Source of the DNA: the human T2T-CHM13v2.0 reference genome, Homo sapiens
NCBI RefSeq assembly: GCF_009914755.1
Contig: NC_060941.1
Reading direction: 5' to 3' (one strand)
DNA: 64,000 nt
Made by a program: the position numbers and the translations under genes. Under the pieces are notes generated by a model. It had not been told where the DNA came from. It ran no database searches and saw nothing but the letters and a program-made list of their open reading frames with translations. Positions 14,975 to 32,480 of the stretch are shown piece by piece; positions within the stretch are counted from its first letter, which is position 1; every line of letters begins with the position of its first letter.

Positions 14975-15811
14975 ATGGAGTTATTTCATTGGTTTTGGGG
15001 TCTCTGGAGTTGGCTGCTTAATATGATTAGACCCAAAATTGCTAACGACTGTACTTCCAATAGTATAGAGAACACTGATAGTCCTTGGTGTCAACTGTTT
15101 AGAGAGTTATGCAAAATAAATGCATTCGACACTCCTGATTCATCGCTTATGAGAGGCAAGGAGTTTAATGACTCTGTACATAATACCTTTGACCATATGT
15201 GGAGAAACAAGAAACATAATGAAGCTGATTGGTTCGTCCTAAGTTCAGTAGACAAAGTGATAAAAGAAAATGATGAACTCAGGGATTCTATCTCCTGGCT
15301 TCAGAAGCAGATACTGGGCCCTCGATATGGTGCCATTCCTTGGGGTGATCAGCCAGCTACCTGGAGGCAGGTTGATTATATTGAACCTCTTCCATCATGG
15401 AAAGGGCAGAGGTTTGTGCTTACTGGAATAGATACTTACTCTGCACATGGGTTTGCCTATCCTGCACACAATGTTTCTGCCAAGGCTACCATCAATGGAC
15501 TCACAGAATGCCTTCTCCACTGTCATGGTATTACACACAGCATTGCCTCTCACCAAGGCACTCACTTTATGGCTAAAGAAGTGTGGCAGTGGGCTCAGGC
15601 TCTTGGAATTCACTGGTCTTACCATGTTCCCTATCACCCTGAAACAGGTGGATTCATAGAATGGTGGAATGGCCTTTTGAAGTCAGAATTACAATGTGAA
15701 CTAGGTGACAATACTTTCCAGGACTGGGGGAAAAGTTCTCCAGAAGGCCATGTATGCTCTGAATCAGTGTCCAGTATATGGTACTGTTTCTCCCAAAGGC
15801 AGGATTCATGA
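14975..15811 (+). CDS. Open 278-aa chimeric ORF: HERV-L Gag N-terminus (aa 1-114) fused to integrase catalytic core; expression unknown
   Basis: WSWLLNMIRPK...KENDELRD..LQKQIL (ERV-L Gag) joins GPRYG..GDQPATW.QVDYI.PLP...GIDTYS...IEWWNGLLK (IN core); second catalytic Asp reads His (IASHQG); frameshift near 15730. Confidence 0.6.
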   Translation: MELFHWFWGLWSWLLNMIRPKIANDCTSNSIENTDSPWCQLFRELCKINAFDTPDSSLMRGKEFNDSVHNTFDHMWRNKKHNEADWFVLSSVDKVIKENDELRDSISWLQKQILGPRYGAIPWGDQPATWRQVDYIEPLPSWKGQRFVLTGIDTYSAHGFAYPAHNVSAKATINGLTECLLHCHGITHSIASHQGTHFMAKEVWQWAQALGIHWSYHVPYHPETGGFIEWWNGLLKSELQCELGDNTFQDWGKSSPEGHVCSESVSSIWYCFSQRQDS

Positions 15812-15929
15812 GTCCAGGAATCAAGGGGTGGAAGTGGAAGTGGCACCACTCACCATCACCCTTAGTAATCCGCTAGCAAAAGTTTTGCTTCCTGTTCCTA
15901 CAACATTATGTTCGTTCATTCTCCTGGCC

Positions 15930-16390
15930 TAGAGGTCTTAGTTCCAGAGGGAGGAATGCTGTCACCAGGAGACAAAATGATTCCATTAAACTGGAAGTTA
16001 AGATTGCCACCTGGACACTTTGGGCTTCTCCTACCTTTAAGTCAACATGCTAAAAAGAGAGTTACGGTGTTGGCTGGGGCGATTGACCCAGATTATCAAG
16101 ATGAAATCAGTCTACTACTCCACAACAGAGGTAAAGAGGAGTATGCATTGGGTGTACAGGAGATCCATTGGGTGTCTCTTAGTATTACCATGTCCTGTGA
16201 TTAAGGTCAATGGGAAACTACAACAGCCCAATCCAGGCAGAACTACAAATGACCCAGGCCCTTCCAGAATGAAAGTTTGGGTCACTCCACCAGGAAAAAA
16301 TCCACAACTGCTGAGGCGCTTGCTAAAGGCAAAGGGAATACAGAATGTATAGTAGAAGGTAGTCATCAATACCAGCTACGAACACATGAC
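15930..16390 (+). pseudogene. HERV-L dUTPase / pol 3' relic
   Basis: LEVLVPEGGML..GD..IPLNWKLRLPPGHFGLL...VLAGAIDPDYQDEISLLLHN dUTPase motifs, frameshifted downstream. Confidence 0.85.
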
Positions 16391-16722
16391 TAGCTGCAGA
16401 ACCAAGGATTGTAATTGTCATGAGTATGTCCTCCTTCTTTTGTTAAAAACATGTTTGTGCATGTATATACTTGTACTAAGAAAATATCTTCATTTTATTT
16501 CCTTTCTCCTTTATCATGTGACATAAGATTTATTGACTTCACATCAGCATTTAAGTATTGTTAACTTTATATAATAGTATTTGGGTTGGGGATTGGGGCA
16601 TTTCCAGTTGTATGAAGGATAGTTGTATTATGTTAGGCATAACTAGGACCTTATAGTCTTTATTGAAGATTATGTATAATCTCAGGAGATGTGTATGGGT
16701 TCAAGTTGACAAGGGGTGGACT

Positions 16723-17109
16723 TGTGGTGATTAATACTGAGTGTCAACTTGATTGGAGTGAAGAATACAAAGTATTGATTCTGGATGTCTCTGTAAGGTT
16801 GTTGCCAAAGGAGATTAACATCAGAGTCAGTGGGCTGGGAAAGGCAGACCCACCCTTAATCTGGGTCAGCACAATCTAATCAGCTGCCAGCACAGCTAGA
16901 GTAAAAACTAGGCAGAAAAATGTGAAAAGAGACACAGGCCTAACCTCCCAGCTTACATCTTTTCCCTGTGCTGGATGCTTCCTGCCCTCAAACATCAGAC
17001 TCCAAGTTCTTCAGTTTTGGAACTCAGACTGGCTCCCCTTGCTCCTCAGCCTGCAGATGGCCTATTGTGGGACCTTGTGATCATGTGAGTTAATACTTAA
17101 TAAACTCCC

Positions 17110-17173
<64 letters not shown>

Positions 17174-17350
17174 GTATATATTTATACACATATATATACG
17201 TATATATATATACACATATATATATACGTATATATATGAAACTAAAATAGAAAAACAACAGAGAAAACAATGATATCAATAGCTGGCCCTTTTGGAATAT
17301 ATATATATATTCCATTAGTTGTGTCCCTCTAGAGAACTCTGACTAATACA
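16723..17350 (+). mobile_element. MLT2A1-type 3' LTR with expanded (TA)n(CA)n tract
   Basis: Homologous to the 5' LTR; microsatellite ~17113-17310; ends CTCTAGAGAACTCTGACTAATACA. Confidence 0.92.
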
Positions 17351-18724
17351 TGGTCCAAAGGCCTTTAAAAATACAAACTACCAAAAGTCATTTAAGAAAA
17401 AATACATAACTGGAATTGTACTACAGCCACTAAACAAATTAAATTACTAGTTTAAAACCTTATAACAAACTCCAGTCCCAGATTATTTCACTGGCCAATT
17501 CTACTAAACATTTCTTAGTAGAATTTTCTTAAAGAAATTTCTTCATGTCCTTAAAGAAAGACATAAAATTTATACAATAATTTCTATAAAATAAAAAAGG
17601 AAAGAATACCTCCAAATTATTTCATGTAGCCAGCATTAGCTTACTACCAAACCCAAAGACATTACACAAAAAGAAAATCCAGTGCATTAATGTAAATTTA
17701 AAAGCCATAAAAATAGAGTTTAAAATATTAGCAAATAAAATCAAGCAATATATACAATGGATAATACATCATGACAAAATTGGGTTTATCCCAGAAATGC
17801 AAAGTTGTTTTAACATTCAAAATTCATTCAATGTAATTCATCATATTAGCAGACTAAAGAAGAAAACCTACATGATCGTTTTAATGGTGCAGAAAAATCA
17901 GTTGAGAAAATTCATATCCAGGAATGACACTTTTGAAAAAAAAACCTCTCAGCAATGATGAATGCACAGGAAGTTCTTTATCCTGATAAAAGTCATCTAC
18001 CAAGAAAATATATAGTACATAACATATATTAATACATATATTAATGATAAAAGACTAAATTTTTTTCCTAAAATCAGAAATAAGGTAAGATAGATGCTCC
18101 TATTCAATATTGTGCTGTACAATCTAACCAGTGCCACGAAGTGAGGAGAAGAAAAAGGTATATAAATTGTAAAGAAGAAAGAAAATGCCCTCTGTTTGCA
18201 GATACTATGATTGTATATATCAAAAATCCAAGGGAATCTACAAAAGAGCTCCAAGAAATACTAAATGAGTTTAGCGAGGTGCTAGGGTTCAAGGCCAATA
18301 TACAAAAATTAATAGTATTCCTACATATTAGCAATGAATAATTGAAAGTCAAAATTAGAAACAGTGCCATTTACAATAACACAATAAGCAGATAAATTTA
18401 ACAAAATGTGTACAGAACCAATATGATGAAAAATATAAAACACTGATAAAAGCAATCAAAGATCTAAACAAATGAAAAGATATACAATATCTATGGATTA
18501 GAAAAGTCAATATTGTTAAGATATCGATTTTTTTCAACCTGATATATAGAATCAATGCAATCCCATGGAAATCCCACAGTCCTTTTCTAAGTATTGACAA
18601 GTAGATTCTAAAATTGATATGGGAAGGCAAAGGTACTAAAATGACCAAATTATTTCTGAAGAAGAAAAAAGCCGGAAGATTCACATTACCTAATTTCAGG
18701 ACTTACTATAAAGTGACAGTAATT

Positions 18725-18812
18725 GGCCAGGCATGGTGGCTCATACCTGTAATCCCAGCACTTTGGGAGACAGAGACAGGAAGATTATTTGAAGCGAGGT
18801 CAGGAGTTTGAG
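18725..18812 (+). mobile_element. 3'-truncated Alu left-arm fragment
   Basis: GGCCAGGCATGGTGGCTCATACCTGTAATCCCAGCACTTTGGGAG...GGTCAGGAGTTTGAG; no poly(A); flanked by AGTAATT repeats. Confidence 0.85.
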
Positions 18813-19730
18813 TTAGTAATTAAGACAGTGTAGTCCTAGTGAAAGGATAGCCACATAGGTAAATAAAACAGAACAGGCAGTCATAAATAGACCCACTCAT
18901 ATATGGACAATTGATTTGTGGCAAAATTGCAAAAGAAATTTAGTGGAGAAAGGAGAGTCTTTTACTAATGGTGCTGGAACAATTGGATGTTCATATGTGC
19001 AAAAAAAAAAATTCATCACAGCCTGTATCTTACCTTTCCTATGAAAAATTAACTCAAAATAGATCTGATGTAAAATGTAAAACTATAAAAATGTTAGAAA
19101 AAAACATAGGAGATCTTTGTGCCCTCAGGTTAAACAAGGAGTTCTCAGATATGATACCAAAGGTGTGATTCATAAAAGGAAAATCATGATAAATTGAATT
19201 TTATCAAAATTTAAAACCTTTGACCTATTAAAATACAAGCCATAGATGAGGGGAGTCATCTATCTGACAAGCAACTTGTAAACAGAATCCACAAAAAATT
19301 CTTAAAACTTAACAATTAGAAAACAAACCACTCAATTTAAAAGTGGGCATAAGATCTGAACAGACACTTCACCAAAGCATATATGCAGATGGAAAATAAA
19401 CTATAAAAAGATAATCAACATCATTGAAAATATAAAGAGACACAACTATATATCAAATTGAATAGCTAAAATATAAAAAACTAATAAAATAAAGTGCAGT
19501 TAGGATGTGGAGCATCGGTAAATCTCATACATTTACTGGTAGAAATAAAAAGTGATAGGGTCTGTTCCAAGATGGCCGAATAGGAACAGCTCTGGTCTGC
19601 AGCTCCTAGTGTGATTGATGCAGAAGACAGGTGATTTCTGCATTTCCAACTGAGGTACTTTTTTCATCTCATTGGGACTGGTTGGACAGTGGGTGCAGCC
19701 CACACGGGGTGGCCAAAGCAGGGTGGGGCA

Positions 19731-19994
19731 TCACCTCACCCAGGAATCACAGCAGTCTAGGGATTTCTCTTTCCTAGCCAAAGGAAGCCATGACAGACTG
19801 TACCTGGAAAAACGGGACACTTCCACCCAAATACTGCACTTTTCCCATGGTCTTAGCAACCAGCAGACCAGGAGATTCTCTCTTGTGCCTGGCTCAGTGG
19901 GTCCCATGTCCACAGAGCCATGTTCACTGCTAGCGCAGCAGTCTGAGATCCAACTGCGAGGCTGCAGCCTGGCAGGGGGAGGGGCACCCACCAT
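19731..19994 (-). CDS. L1 antisense ORF0 homologue, 87 aa, open; expression unknown
   Basis: MVGAPPPARLQPRSWISDCCASSEHGSVDMGPTEPG...RFSR resembles L1 ORF0p (MAGAPPPASLPPCSLISDCCAS...); ATG in GCAATGG context. Confidence 0.6.
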   Translation of the reverse strand: MVGAPPPARLQPRSWISDCCASSEHGSVDMGPTEPGTRENLLVCWLLRPWEKCSIWVEVSRFSRYSLSWLPLARKEKSLDCCDSWVR

Positions 19995-20595
19995 TGCTGA
20001 GACTTGAGTAGGTAAACAAAGCAGCTGGCAAACTCGAACTGGGCAGAGCCCACCACAGCCTAGCAAGGCCTGCTGCCTCTATAGACTCCAACTCTGTGAG
20101 CAGGACATAGCTGAACAAAAGGCAGCAGAAACTTCTGCAAACTTAAACGTCCCTGTCTGACAGCTCTGAAGAGAACAGTGGTTCTCCCAGCATGGTGTTT
20201 GAGCTCTGAGAACGGACAGACTAGCTCCTCAAGTGGGTCCCTGACCCCCGTGTAGCCTAACTGGGAGACACATCCCAGTAGGGGCCAACAGACACCTCAT
20301 ACAGGCATGGGTGCCCCTCTGGGATGAAGCTTCCAGAGGAAGGATCAGGCAGCAATATTTGCTGTTCTGCAATATTTACTGTTCTGCAGCCTCCGCTGGT
20401 GATACCCAGGCAAATAGGGTGTGTAGTAGACCTCCAGCAAACTCCAAAAGACCTGCAAATGAGGGACCTGACTGTCAGAAGGAAAACTAACAAACAGAAA
20501 AGAATAGCATCAACATCAACAAAAAGGACATCCACACCAAAACCCCATCTGTATGTCACCAACATCAAAGACCAAAGGTAGATAAAACCACAAAG

Positions 20596-21620
20596 ATGGG
20601 GAGAAACCAGGGCAGAAAAGCGGAAAATTCTGAAAACCTGAGCACCTATTCTCCTCCAGAAGATCGCAGCTCCTCACCAGCAATGGAACAAAGCTGAAAG
20701 GAGAATGACTTTGACAAGCTGACAGAAGTAGGCTTCAGAAGGTCAGTAATAACAAAATTCTCCAAGCTAAAGGAGCATGTTCTAATCCATCACAAGGAAG
20801 CTAAAAACCTTGAAAAAGGGTTAGATGAATGGCTAACTAGAATAAACAGCATAGAGAAGATCTTAAATGACTTGATGGAGCTGAAAACCATGGCACAAGA
20901 ACTTCATGATGCATGCACAAGCTTCAATAGCTGACTCGATCAAGTGGAAGAAAGGATATCAGTGTTGAAGATCAAATTAATGAAATAAAGTGAGAAGGCA
21001 AGATTAGAGAAAAAAGAGTGAAAACAAATGAACAAAGCCTCCAAGAAATATGGGACCATGTGAAAAGACCAAATCTACATTTGATTGGTGTACCTGAAAG
21101 TGATGGGGAGAATGTAACCAAGTTGGAAAACATTCTTCAGGACATTATACAGGAGAACTTCCCCAACATAGCAAGGCAGACCAACATTCAAATTCAGGAA
21201 ATGCAGAGAACACCACAAAGATACTCCTCGAGAAGAGCGATCTCAAGACACATAATTGTCAGATTCAACAAGGTTGAAATGAAGGAGAAAATGTTAAGGG
21301 CAGCCAGAGAGAAAGGTCGGGTTACCCACAACGGGAAGCCCATCAGATTAACAGAAGATCTCTTGGCAAAAACCCTACAAGCCAGAAGAGAGTGGGGGCC
21401 AATATTTAACATTCTTAAAGAAAAGAATTTTCAAACCAGAATTTCATATCCAGCTAAACTAAGCTTCATAAGTGAAGGAGAAATAAAATCCTTTACAGAC
21501 AAGCAAATGCTGAGAGATTTTGTCACCACCAGACCTGCCTTACAAGAGCACCTGAGGGAAGCACTAAACATGGAAAGGAACAACCGGTACCAGACACTGC
21601 AAAATCATGTCAAATTGTAA
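20596..21620 (+). pseudogene. L1 ORF1p (disrupted)
   Basis: ATGGGGAGAAACCAG start; early stop/frameshift; C-terminal 200 aa open (RPNLHLIGVPE, ARREWG, YPAKLSF). Confidence 0.93.
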
Positions 21621-21683
21621 AGACCATCAATGCTAGGAAGAAACTGCATCAATTAATGGGCAAAATAACCAGCTAACATCATA

Positions 21684-25508
<3,825 letters not shown>

Positions 25509-25701
25509 ACAATGAGAACACTTGGACACAGGGCAGAGGACATCACACACCAGGGCCTGTTGGGAGCTGGGGGAGGGATAGCATTAGGAGAAATACCTAA
25601 CGTAAATGATGAGTTGATGGGTGCAGCAAACCAACATGGCAGATGTATACCTATGTAGCAAACCTGCACGTTGTGCACATGTACCCTAGAATTTAATGCA
25701 T

Positions 25702-25707
25702 AAGAGA

Positions 25708-25791
<84 letters not shown>
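25702..25791 (+). repeat. (GAAA)n microsatellite derived from the L1 tail
   Basis: About 20 near-perfect GAAA units. Confidence 0.95.
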
Positions 25792-25792
<1 letters not shown>

Positions 25793-26992
25793 GCTGTGCA
25801 GCTACTTTGGAAAATAGTGTGGTAGTTTGTTATAATTAACTATATACATACCATACTACCCAGTAATGTCACTCCCTAGGTATTTACCCAAGAAATATAG
25901 AAATTTATGCTAACAGAAAAATTTGTATGCTAATATTTATCAGTTTTATTCATAATTACCAAAAACTGGAAACAACTGAGCTGTCCTTCAACTTGTGAAT
26001 GAATGAATGAATGAATGAATGAATAAACAATTTGTATGCAGCCACCAAATGGAATACTATTCAGCAATGAAAAAGAATGAACTGTTGACTCTCACAACAA
26101 CATGGATCAATTCCCATTTTGTTAAGCAAAACAATAAAAATTAAAAAGCCATACTCAAAAAACTCCATATTATATGGTTTTATTATATGACATTCTGAAT
26201 AGCAAAAACTGTTGGCACAGAAAAGAAATCTATGTTTGCCAAAGTTTGGGGCTAGATGAAGAAGTTTTGACAACATGGAAGTAATAAGGAGAATTTTTTT
26301 TTGGTAATAGAACTGTGTTATGAGTGTAATAGTGGATGTACAACTCCATGCATAGAATTTACACTACAGAGTGAATTTTACTGCATGTAGCTTTTTTTAA
26401 ACACCTACATAGTCCTGAACATACAGAAAAATGAAAGATAGACCATTAACACTTTATCCCCAGAAAAAGTTAATAGAAACCATGCCCAAACACCAGGTCC
26501 CTAGACCATTATAAGAACATTAACATCTAGCTTTTGTAAAAATTTTCATAATGGCATATGAAATTAAATTAACAGTCAATGTTTCCATACCTAATTTTAA
26601 CCTTTAACTCAAAATGTATGTGATTTAATCCAATGATAAAGCTCATTGTGCAGACAGAACATTTAATTTTGCCCTCTTAAAATTACTGCACTTCTGAATA
26701 AAACATTAGAGGCACTTAATGGAAAGGTGTTAAGTTCATTGACTTTGTTATTATTACCATAATTAAGGCAAAATATACCCAGCTAAAAAGGTTTTGCCAA
26801 GATAATGAACATTTCTTAATTGCCTCAGTGTTTGTAGCAAACCAACTTTATGTTAAACTCAAGTTCCCCTTGTCACACCAAGCACTTAATCAGAAAGAAA
26901 CTTAAAGGGGAATCCTAGAATTTGAGAAATTGGAAGAAACTACAGGGATCATAGAATCAGATCAAGTCCCTCATTTTATAAACTTGAAATAC

Positions 26993-27545
26993 TGTCTTTG
27001 TATTTTACATATTTTTATGATATATTATAATGTTTCAACATCCTAATAAAAATCTTTCTGGCAAGAGAGACTGTTCCTCCCAACCCCAAGCCAATTCTTA
27101 GCAATACAGAGGACTTGGCTGAAAGCACCACTTTGATGTGCAAACTAACAAATCCAGAGCCATACCTTCTCTATCAGGCCATTGCACATCAGGAAGCAAT
27201 ATTCCTCTACCTTAACCATCCCAGAGCCGGGTATCAGGTGCTTAGAGACCACCCCTAACCCTATATCCCAAAGTCCACCGAAATTGTTCAAACTTGTCAA
27301 TACAAAATTATTCACCCTGCACTGCTTTGCCTTTCCCATGATACCCCATGACCCAAGCGCTCCCTTTGTTCCGGTCTTTAGCCTCCTGACAGTCTCGGTA
27401 TCTTTCCCATGTGGCCCTGCATGGTGTGCTGTGCCTCCTGTCTCTAGGACTTGTGAGTATAATAAACTCTGCTTTCTCCTGAGCCTCTCCTGTGTCTCCT
27501 CTTGGGGCCACATTTGACTGACCATCTCATAAAAGAATACAAAAC
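26993..27545 (+). mobile_element. ERVL solo LTR (MER54/MER74 group)
   Basis: GAGAGACTGTTCCTCCC, GCCAATTCTTAG, TGCAAACTAACAAATCCAGAGCC, TGTGGCCCTGCATGG, TGTGAGTATAATAAACT. Confidence 0.7.
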
Positions 27546-29129
27546 TGTCTTACCTTGTAAAATGTGGGATACAGACCTTAAGCTCTTATGCTAATTACAG
27601 GTGGTTTCAGACTAGAATATGAAACTTGAAACATCTGCATATGAAATAGGCAGAGAAGAAGAACTGGCCGAAATAATCTTTACATATATTAATCTACTGA
27701 CTTTGTTTTTAAAAATGTGTGGATTTTGTTGGAGCATTTTATAATTACTTCTGGTTCTGTAGATTGGTGTAGAACTCAGGGTGGTATTTTCTGCAAACAT
27801 GCAAAAGAGACAAGAAACCCCACCCAAACCCTACACCCTCATGCTACCATCCCAGGCCTAGTACTGTCTGCACCAATGAGACAAGGTTTTTATGGCACCC
27901 CAGGAAATAAAGTCACAGAAGGAGAATGGCAGATGACCTAAGTGCATATGAGAAGGCTCTCTTGATAATAATAATTTTCAACTTTTTCTGATCTCTCTAA
28001 CGGAGGACAGAAGTAAATGTGTATTCCTAGAGAGGTTAGGGTGTAGCCCAAAGTACACTGCAGAAGTACAGAGTTTCCTGAAAACATTGTTATTTTAAAA
28101 ATCCATGCAAAACTTGCACTCTGCTTCATAATTTACCAGTGATTGTTTTAATATCCAAATCAAACTTTCCACAAAACAAAAATCACCCATTTCTAGGAAA
28201 TTCCCCAAATTCGCTAACTATAAGTAATGTTTATCCTTTAGCTCTTTGGATTATTTCCCCCAAGCACACATACTCCAATGTAATAAGCACAGAAAAATTG
28301 TGTTATAAACACACACAACACACACACACAACATACAGCACAATAATCTGATGAAACTGGGATTTCTCTGAATTGTGGAAGCAGAGGTAGGTCCACGTTA
28401 GCACACATGTTCGCATAGAAGGATCAACATAAGCATTACACTTTATTTTGCAATGTTTCATCTTTTTCTCCTTTAAGAGAGAGTCCTTCTTCGGTGTCTC
28501 CTAGACACTGGTAACCCTGGAGAAGTGTGACAACTCTCAATATTCACTCCATAAAATTGTGAATTGCTTTTCCCAGAAGAAGTGGCTATAAGAGCCCAAA
28601 AATCTTGGCAAATTAGAAAATGACCCTGAGAATAGACGCATCTTAAAGTCTTATCCGCATATTGCAGGAAATAGAAGGTGAGCATTAAGATAGGTTGATA
28701 CTTTCCTTTTTAAAAAGAAGGGAAAATAACATTGAAGAACTTATCATGTGCAAAGCACTGCATTAGGGCACTTTATATTCAATACCTCATTTATTCTCCA
28801 TTACAAACTTATCCCTGTGTGTCTGTGTTGAATATATTTTCCAGATGACCACACTGAACCTGAGCTTTAAGTCAACACGGCAATTTAGTAGCAGAGGCAG
28901 GGTTTGACCTCCACTCCCCCACACCCCCAAACCTTTATGTCTTACAACAAAGCCTATGTATCTATTACACTATGCTCCTCTCTTATTCGGCCACAAAGAC
29001 CACATTTGCTATCACTGGGCAGGTGAAATAGTAATCTTTTGCCCTGCATCAGATTATTTGCTTTCAGAACAAACTTCCAAATTCAGCTTTGACTAGAAAT
29101 CGTTCGAAGCTGTCTACTGTGATTATCTT

Positions 29130-29790
29130 CTTCATATTATTTGGAGAAATCAATTTGTCATTATCTAGTAACATTGAAGAAACACATACTATATGACCAG
29201 TAATTCCACTTTTGGGTATGTACTCCAGAGAAATGCAGACAAATATTCACCAAGATCCCTTCTTAAGAATGTTGATAATATTACTGTTTGCCACAGCTCC
29301 AAACTGAAGACAGCCCAAAAGTCCATTGACAGTAGGATAGGTAAATAAATCATAGTAATTTGTACAACTCCATTCAGGAACACTGTGCAAGAATAAAAGT
29401 TAATTAGACACACAACATGAATTCATCTTTCAATCCAAATGTTAAACAAAAAAAAAAGACATAAAGGAATTCTTACAGCATGCTTTGTCCTACATAAAGT
29501 TCAAAAACTTGCAAAACTAAACTAAATCATTCAGGAATGCTTGCATATGTGGTTAAACAATTTTTTAAACCAAGGGATTAATTACCATTAAATTAATTAA
29601 AGGAGATATTCTGAAAGGAGAGAAGGTAGTCTAATGGGGCAAGGCCTCACAAAGATGGCTTATTACTTGACTTGGGTTGTGATTATACAAGTATTTACTT
29701 CTGTAATTATTATGCACTTTTCTATATGTGTGTTTTATTTCAAATTTGCGAAATGTTTACAAAATTAAACATTTAAAAACTAAAATTCCT
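29130..29790 (+). mobile_element. L1ME-type 3' end fragment
   Basis: TATGACCAGTAATTCCACTTTTGGGTATGTACTCCAGAG, CAGCCCAAAAGTCCATTGACAG. Confidence 0.7.
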
Positions 29791-30431
29791 GGGAAGTTAT
29801 TTCATTCTACCGTATAGTAAACTCTAATGTCTCAATTCCTCTGACCTCTCACTTTAATTATTCAGGTGCTGAGAATGTTAACATTGCAGATGAGAATAAG
29901 ATAAACATGAGGACTACCAAATAAAGCAGTTTCTGAAATTATTTGAACTAGAAAATAAATATGCATGTAAGATTATATGTAGATTAAACCAACAGAATTC
30001 ACATTTATCAAATGCCACATATGTGCCATGACAGAAACACACTAATGCACACAGGAATTTATGAGCAATATAAGCAATACATCAGCCTTTTCCCTTCTCT
30101 ACACAGGGAAAAAATCAGTACTAAGGTGATTGTATGTGATGAGTGCCTACACACAAAGACCTCCAAGAGATAAGTTTTCATCTAAATTTTAAAGAACAGG
30201 TATGCCTTGCCAAAGAAAGTAAAGGGGCATTCATCATGGAGAAGTATGTGACACAGATCCAGCAGGAGTTAGTGTCAGCCAAGATTGAGTATGGAAGATT
30301 GACTTGGCTGGAGTAGAGTAGCTATAGTATAAAGTGATATTTGCAATATAAAGAGTGTCAAGGAGAATCCAGTGAGGTGTGTGTGTGTGTGTGCATATGC
30401 GTGTGCATAGAGAACCCTTGAAAAATTAAGA

Positions 30432-30765
30432 GGCTGGACATGATGGCTCATGCCTGTAACCCAAACATTTTGGGAGGCTGAGGAAGGAGGATCACTTGAG
30501 GTTGGGAGTTCAAAACCAGCCTGAGCAACAGAGTGGACCCCATCTCTACTAAAAATTAAAAAAAAAAAAAAAAAGCTGGGCATAGTGGCGCACACCTGCA
30601 GTCCCAGCTACTCGGAGGCTGAAATGGGAGGATCCCTTGAGCCCAGGAGTTTGAGGCTGCAGTTAGCCAGGATGACGCCACTGCACACCAGCCTAGGAGA
30701 CACAGCAAGATCTTATCTCAAAAAAAAAAAGAAAAGAAAAAAGTAAGAATAAAAGAAAGAAAGAA
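30432..30765 (+). mobile_element. AluJ
   Basis: GGATCCCTTGAGCCCAGGAGTTTGAGGCTGCAG; A-rich tail. Confidence 0.92.
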
Positions 30766-30816
30766 AAATTAGTAAGAAAAAGACAAACATCTTCAATCTT
30801 AAAATACACAAAGACT

Positions 30817-32480
<1,664 letters not shown>

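Larger units (their letters stand above)
14448..17350 (+). mobile_element. Internally deleted HERV-L provirus (~2.9 kb) with two MLT2A1-type LTRs
   Basis: Direct-repeat LTRs 14448-14930 and 16723-17350; PBS TGGTACCAGGAGTGG; gag, integrase and dUTPase relics; PPT AAGGGGTGGA; 5-bp TSD TGGCC/TGGTC. Confidence 0.95.

Noticed and set aside
20353-20390. 17-bp duplication GCAATATTTGCTGTTCT in the L1 5' UTR as a private event
   Set aside because: Recalled as part of the consensus of L1PA subfamilies of this age
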